Source: Euryarchaeota archaeon UBA220
GTDB lineage: Archaea > Thermoplasmatota > Poseidoniia > Poseidoniales > Thalassarchaeaceae
Direction of reading: 5' to 3'
Length of the DNA: 50,497 bases
Assembly (NCBI GenBank): GCA_002501885.1
Contig: DAON01000077.1
Span: 1 to 50,497 of the forward strand
Shown: positions 49,301 through 50,497 of the stretch, one piece after another
How the letters are laid out: each line of letters opens with the position of its first letter
Position numbering within the stretch: position 1 is the stretch's first letter
Position numbers and translations under genes: made by a program
The notes under the pieces: generated by a model
Databases searched by the model: none
What the model saw: only the letters and a program-made list of their open reading frames with translations
Told to the model about the DNA's origin: nothing

Positions 49301-50428
49301 GCAAATGTAAGCTGCAATACAACCTGAAGTCAAATCTAGGTTTGAGAATCCGAATGCGCCTTGCGCACTGTCAAGTGCAACTGCAATACTGAAATTAGCA
49401 AAAATCTCACTCATTGTTGTGCCAATAGGAGTCGATCCTGGCTCCGGATTCTGGGCTAGATTCTCAATCGACGCACCGCCCGTTGTTGTATCTGCTACCA
49501 ATCTCTGTATGGCAACTCCTCCGCCCAGCTTATCGGCCAAGTACATCATGAACATGAATCCAGCACCGTAGTCAGCTATCCTACCGTTCCACCACCTCAC
49601 ACTGAGGCTACTATCTTGTGACCAGGCATTTGCATGACCGGTCAGAGTACTGGTCACTCCGAAGCAAAGATATGCCGCCATATCGGCGGCACCCTCATCG
49701 ATCCAAAGGTACTCATAAGGATCTCTTGCATTGTGTAGCAAATGCTCAAACTCGTGAGCTAGAATTGTGTTCCTCCAACTTAAATCATCAACATCGATAA
49801 ACACCGACTCTCTAACGGACGATAGCCCGGGAGAAAAGTATCCTCCAACGCCTCCGCCCCCATCTACTGCGATGAAGACCAACTCAATCTGACAATTGTT
49901 GTCAATATCCGGAGGCGTGCCGAAGTAGGTAGTAACTGTGGGAAATATCGTAGATTCCCAGGTCGAAGCAATATCGTTGAGAGTAGTTGATGGGATAATC
50001 TGTCCATTCTCAACTAGAATCACGGAGTTGGCAGAAATCTTCTGAGCCGTCACACCGACTGTGCCGCTAGCGGTAGAGATGTTTCCGGTATCGCCTTGGC
50101 TCCAAGCGTTAGCACACGAACGAACACTAGACTTGGCGCTGAGATAACCAGGAGAAAATGGCATAACCAGTCCTGGATAGCCCGCATCCCTCCACTCCAT
50201 TTTTAGATGTCCAGTGGCCGAGAATACAGGTTCAGAATCGTTCGTGAACATGTACCGCTTGCCCTCAATAGAGGGAGTAAAGTCGGATAAATCACCAGAC
50301 ATGACCGTAGGACCAATATCTTCCTGGCCGGGTTCAGCCAACGCCAAAGGAGAGAGACTGGCCATGAGCATGCACAGTACCAATAATACCGAAACTCTCC
50401 GAGACATGTTGCCAAAGCCTGAATTCAT
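46322..50428 (-). CDS. Giant cell-surface zinc metalloprotease (gluzincin HExxH...E) with multiple PKD-like repeats, Ca-binding D-x-D-x-D-G repeats and C-terminal TM anchor
   Basis: Signal peptide RRVSVLLVLCMLMASLSPLALA. HEFEH at 49742-49756 is followed by WIDEGAADMAAY (peptidase MA-like). PKD signatures include WDLGDNNSS...HPYLNAGEYEVVLIVQD, WDWGDGD and WDFGDASS...HSFDLPGTYTVTLTVVD. DNTDDSDEDGDPSNDRD and DSDLDGDTRND resemble Ca-binding repeats. The TM LLLALIAAVLILGWLI is followed by a basic tail. ATG at 50428 with GGAG 8 nt upstream. Confidence 0.7.
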   Translation of the reverse strand: MNSGFGNMSRRVSVLLVLCMLMASLSPLALAEPGQEDIGPTVMSGDLSDFTPSIEGKRYMFTNDSEPVFSATGHLKMEWRDAGYPGLVMPFSPGYLSAKSSVRSCANAWSQGDTGNISTASGTVGVTAQKISANSVILVENGQIIPSTTLNDIASTWESTIFPTVTTYFGTPPDIDNNCQIELVFIAVDGGGGVGGYFSPGLSSVRESVFIDVDDLSWRNTILAHEFEHLLHNARDPYEYLWIDEGAADMAAYLCFGVTSTLTGHANAWSQDSSLSVRWWNGRIADYGAGFMFMMYLADKLGGGVAIQRLVADTTTGGASIENLAQNPEPGSTPIGTTMSEIFANFSIAVALDSAQGAFGFSNLDLTSGCIAAYICKAQMSGFNDQWVNDWNSSSQSFEGWGMRAYKFTQGSGAPLNLMVQPTQFGFEGVIMARDSVTGTWTMTDMRVDSGTGAATGLVHGFGNSSDEVWLLTWYESMVSDCDYNYATCGITTGSYPTASATVYAGLVTDPAEVYIDTVTPFDRDENGLDDSVQVDLEVQSNAFFEILEVTVEAYVNNTLTDTVIFDLTAGNSIPSPNSVWFTPPESGDWTFGVEIRDVTGQLVDQAFTLPLSLANMEPVASGSVSTSITQTWLPVDMFGSGYDSWGFGQLNGTFSHNDTPVGYVWDLGDNNSSSLKNPTHPYLNAGEYEVVLIVQDQGGYYSESQSWNITVSDISDPVPEISVDGVVISDELILLTDQRVQFSARGTTDNVPLEELVFTWDWGDGDVESSKGMVEAGHSWVDGSADGIIYTLTLTVDDGIHQVEHSIYIKVLNRLPEQIFDDPLQTSTLTPLVMPTIFEDSDGMIVEYNWFFEGGVNMEGSGMTLTSDFSSTESILQNPVVGWLEPGLKNVTLEVTDDDGNSSTALLVVQVLNQRPVAVFSRPSDGTIDTEYTFISQSFDPDGDTALLQTIWEISDMDEPIYNVSSVSYTFLQPGLFTVSLTVIDDRGLVSATKTYSINIANPLPVPDLDFSCPGLNGTVLSGIPQNQDGVVWMVPQTADGDAFVSAGDPIRFDGSSSYDADPEFVGRTSTDQQSSEWNGIVSWIWDFGDASSTEYGPVVWHSFDLPGTYTVTLTVVDGFEGGETNTTSVTVYVSRAPVILTDDPISADYVTIGDPVFLNSSAIDSDLIDGIQAWLDLDNTDDSDEDGDPSNDRDRALTGPLTVRWDLNALQDSDLDGDTRNDWLWGNQTWNQAGEIRILMEVCDGVGVCTTEEYVITVLSIQEDDLPKSLSDLTWKDLIPNAQSALLLALIAAVLILGWLIMREKDEEEIDAEDMLENYDVTEVEVEGGLPGMDQHRPPPQPKYLTVEERRNKESGYVRPIRTRRR

Positions 50429-50473
50429 ACTCAACACTCCGTGTTGTAACCAATCACAATGCGCTCAAAGACC

Positions 50474-50481
50474 TATTTTAA
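50474..50481 (-). promoter_or_regulatory. Candidate TATA box (TTAAAATA) of the protease operon
   Basis: GTTAAAATAGG on the minus strand, 46-53 nt upstream of the ATG at 50428. It resembles the boxes upstream of rpl10e and the AAA+ gene. Confidence 0.35.
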
Positions 50482-50497
50482 CATCGATGGAGCATCG

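Noticed and set aside
46322-50428. DNA-level repeats or a mobile element within the giant protease gene.
   Set aside because: The PKD repeats are diverged at the nucleotide level. I saw no terminal inverted repeats, transposase or integrase.

Overview
This window reads as a densely packed (~95% coding) archaeal chromosomal segment. No homology search was possible, so all family calls come from motifs read by eye in the supplied translations. The gene content is archaeal: a complete A-type ATP synthase operon in the order atpH-I-K-E-C-F-A-B-D, RPA plus an RPA-associated protein, Orc1/Cdc6, aIF2-gamma, S6e, L10e and Dph2. Several bacterial-type genes sit among them: gyrBA, RNase PH, SMC-ScpAB and class II HMG-CoA reductase. 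This mix, plus a giant surface protease with PKD repeats, suggests a Thermoplasmatota / Marine Group II-like organism, but that is inference only. I support about 40 CDS, one complete tRNA-Ser(GCU) and the 3' end of a second tRNA at the window edge. Also present are an isoprenoid/lipid cluster (GGPP synthase, geranylgeranyl reductase, UbiE-like methyltransferase, HMGR) and the shikimate genes aroA and aroD. I saw no CRISPR array, transposase, integrase or intein. Many ORF-track starts are over-extended or begin with GTG/TTG. Where a tRNA overlap, a stop/start overlap or a GGAGG/GGTGA Shine-Dalgarno motif gave a reason, I moved the start; these starts remain uncertain. The most interesting signals are non-coding or poorly characterised. 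(1) A phased array of GCGTTAA/TTAACGC elements, including two perfect 11-bp tandem duplications, lies in the most AT-rich intergenic region. (2) Directly downstream is an unusual AAA+ / long acidic linker / winged-helix protein coupled to a DUF357 gene. (3) Perfect palindromes sit just upstream of the first ATP synthase gene and of gyrB. (4) An M50/S2P-like membrane protein appears to have lost its HExxH motif. (5) A protein shows by-eye resemblance to porphobilinogen deaminase. (6) A protein carries three SAP-like motifs. (7) A two-gene surface-protease module ends the window. I cannot show that any of these is a new system; each entry lists decisive checks.
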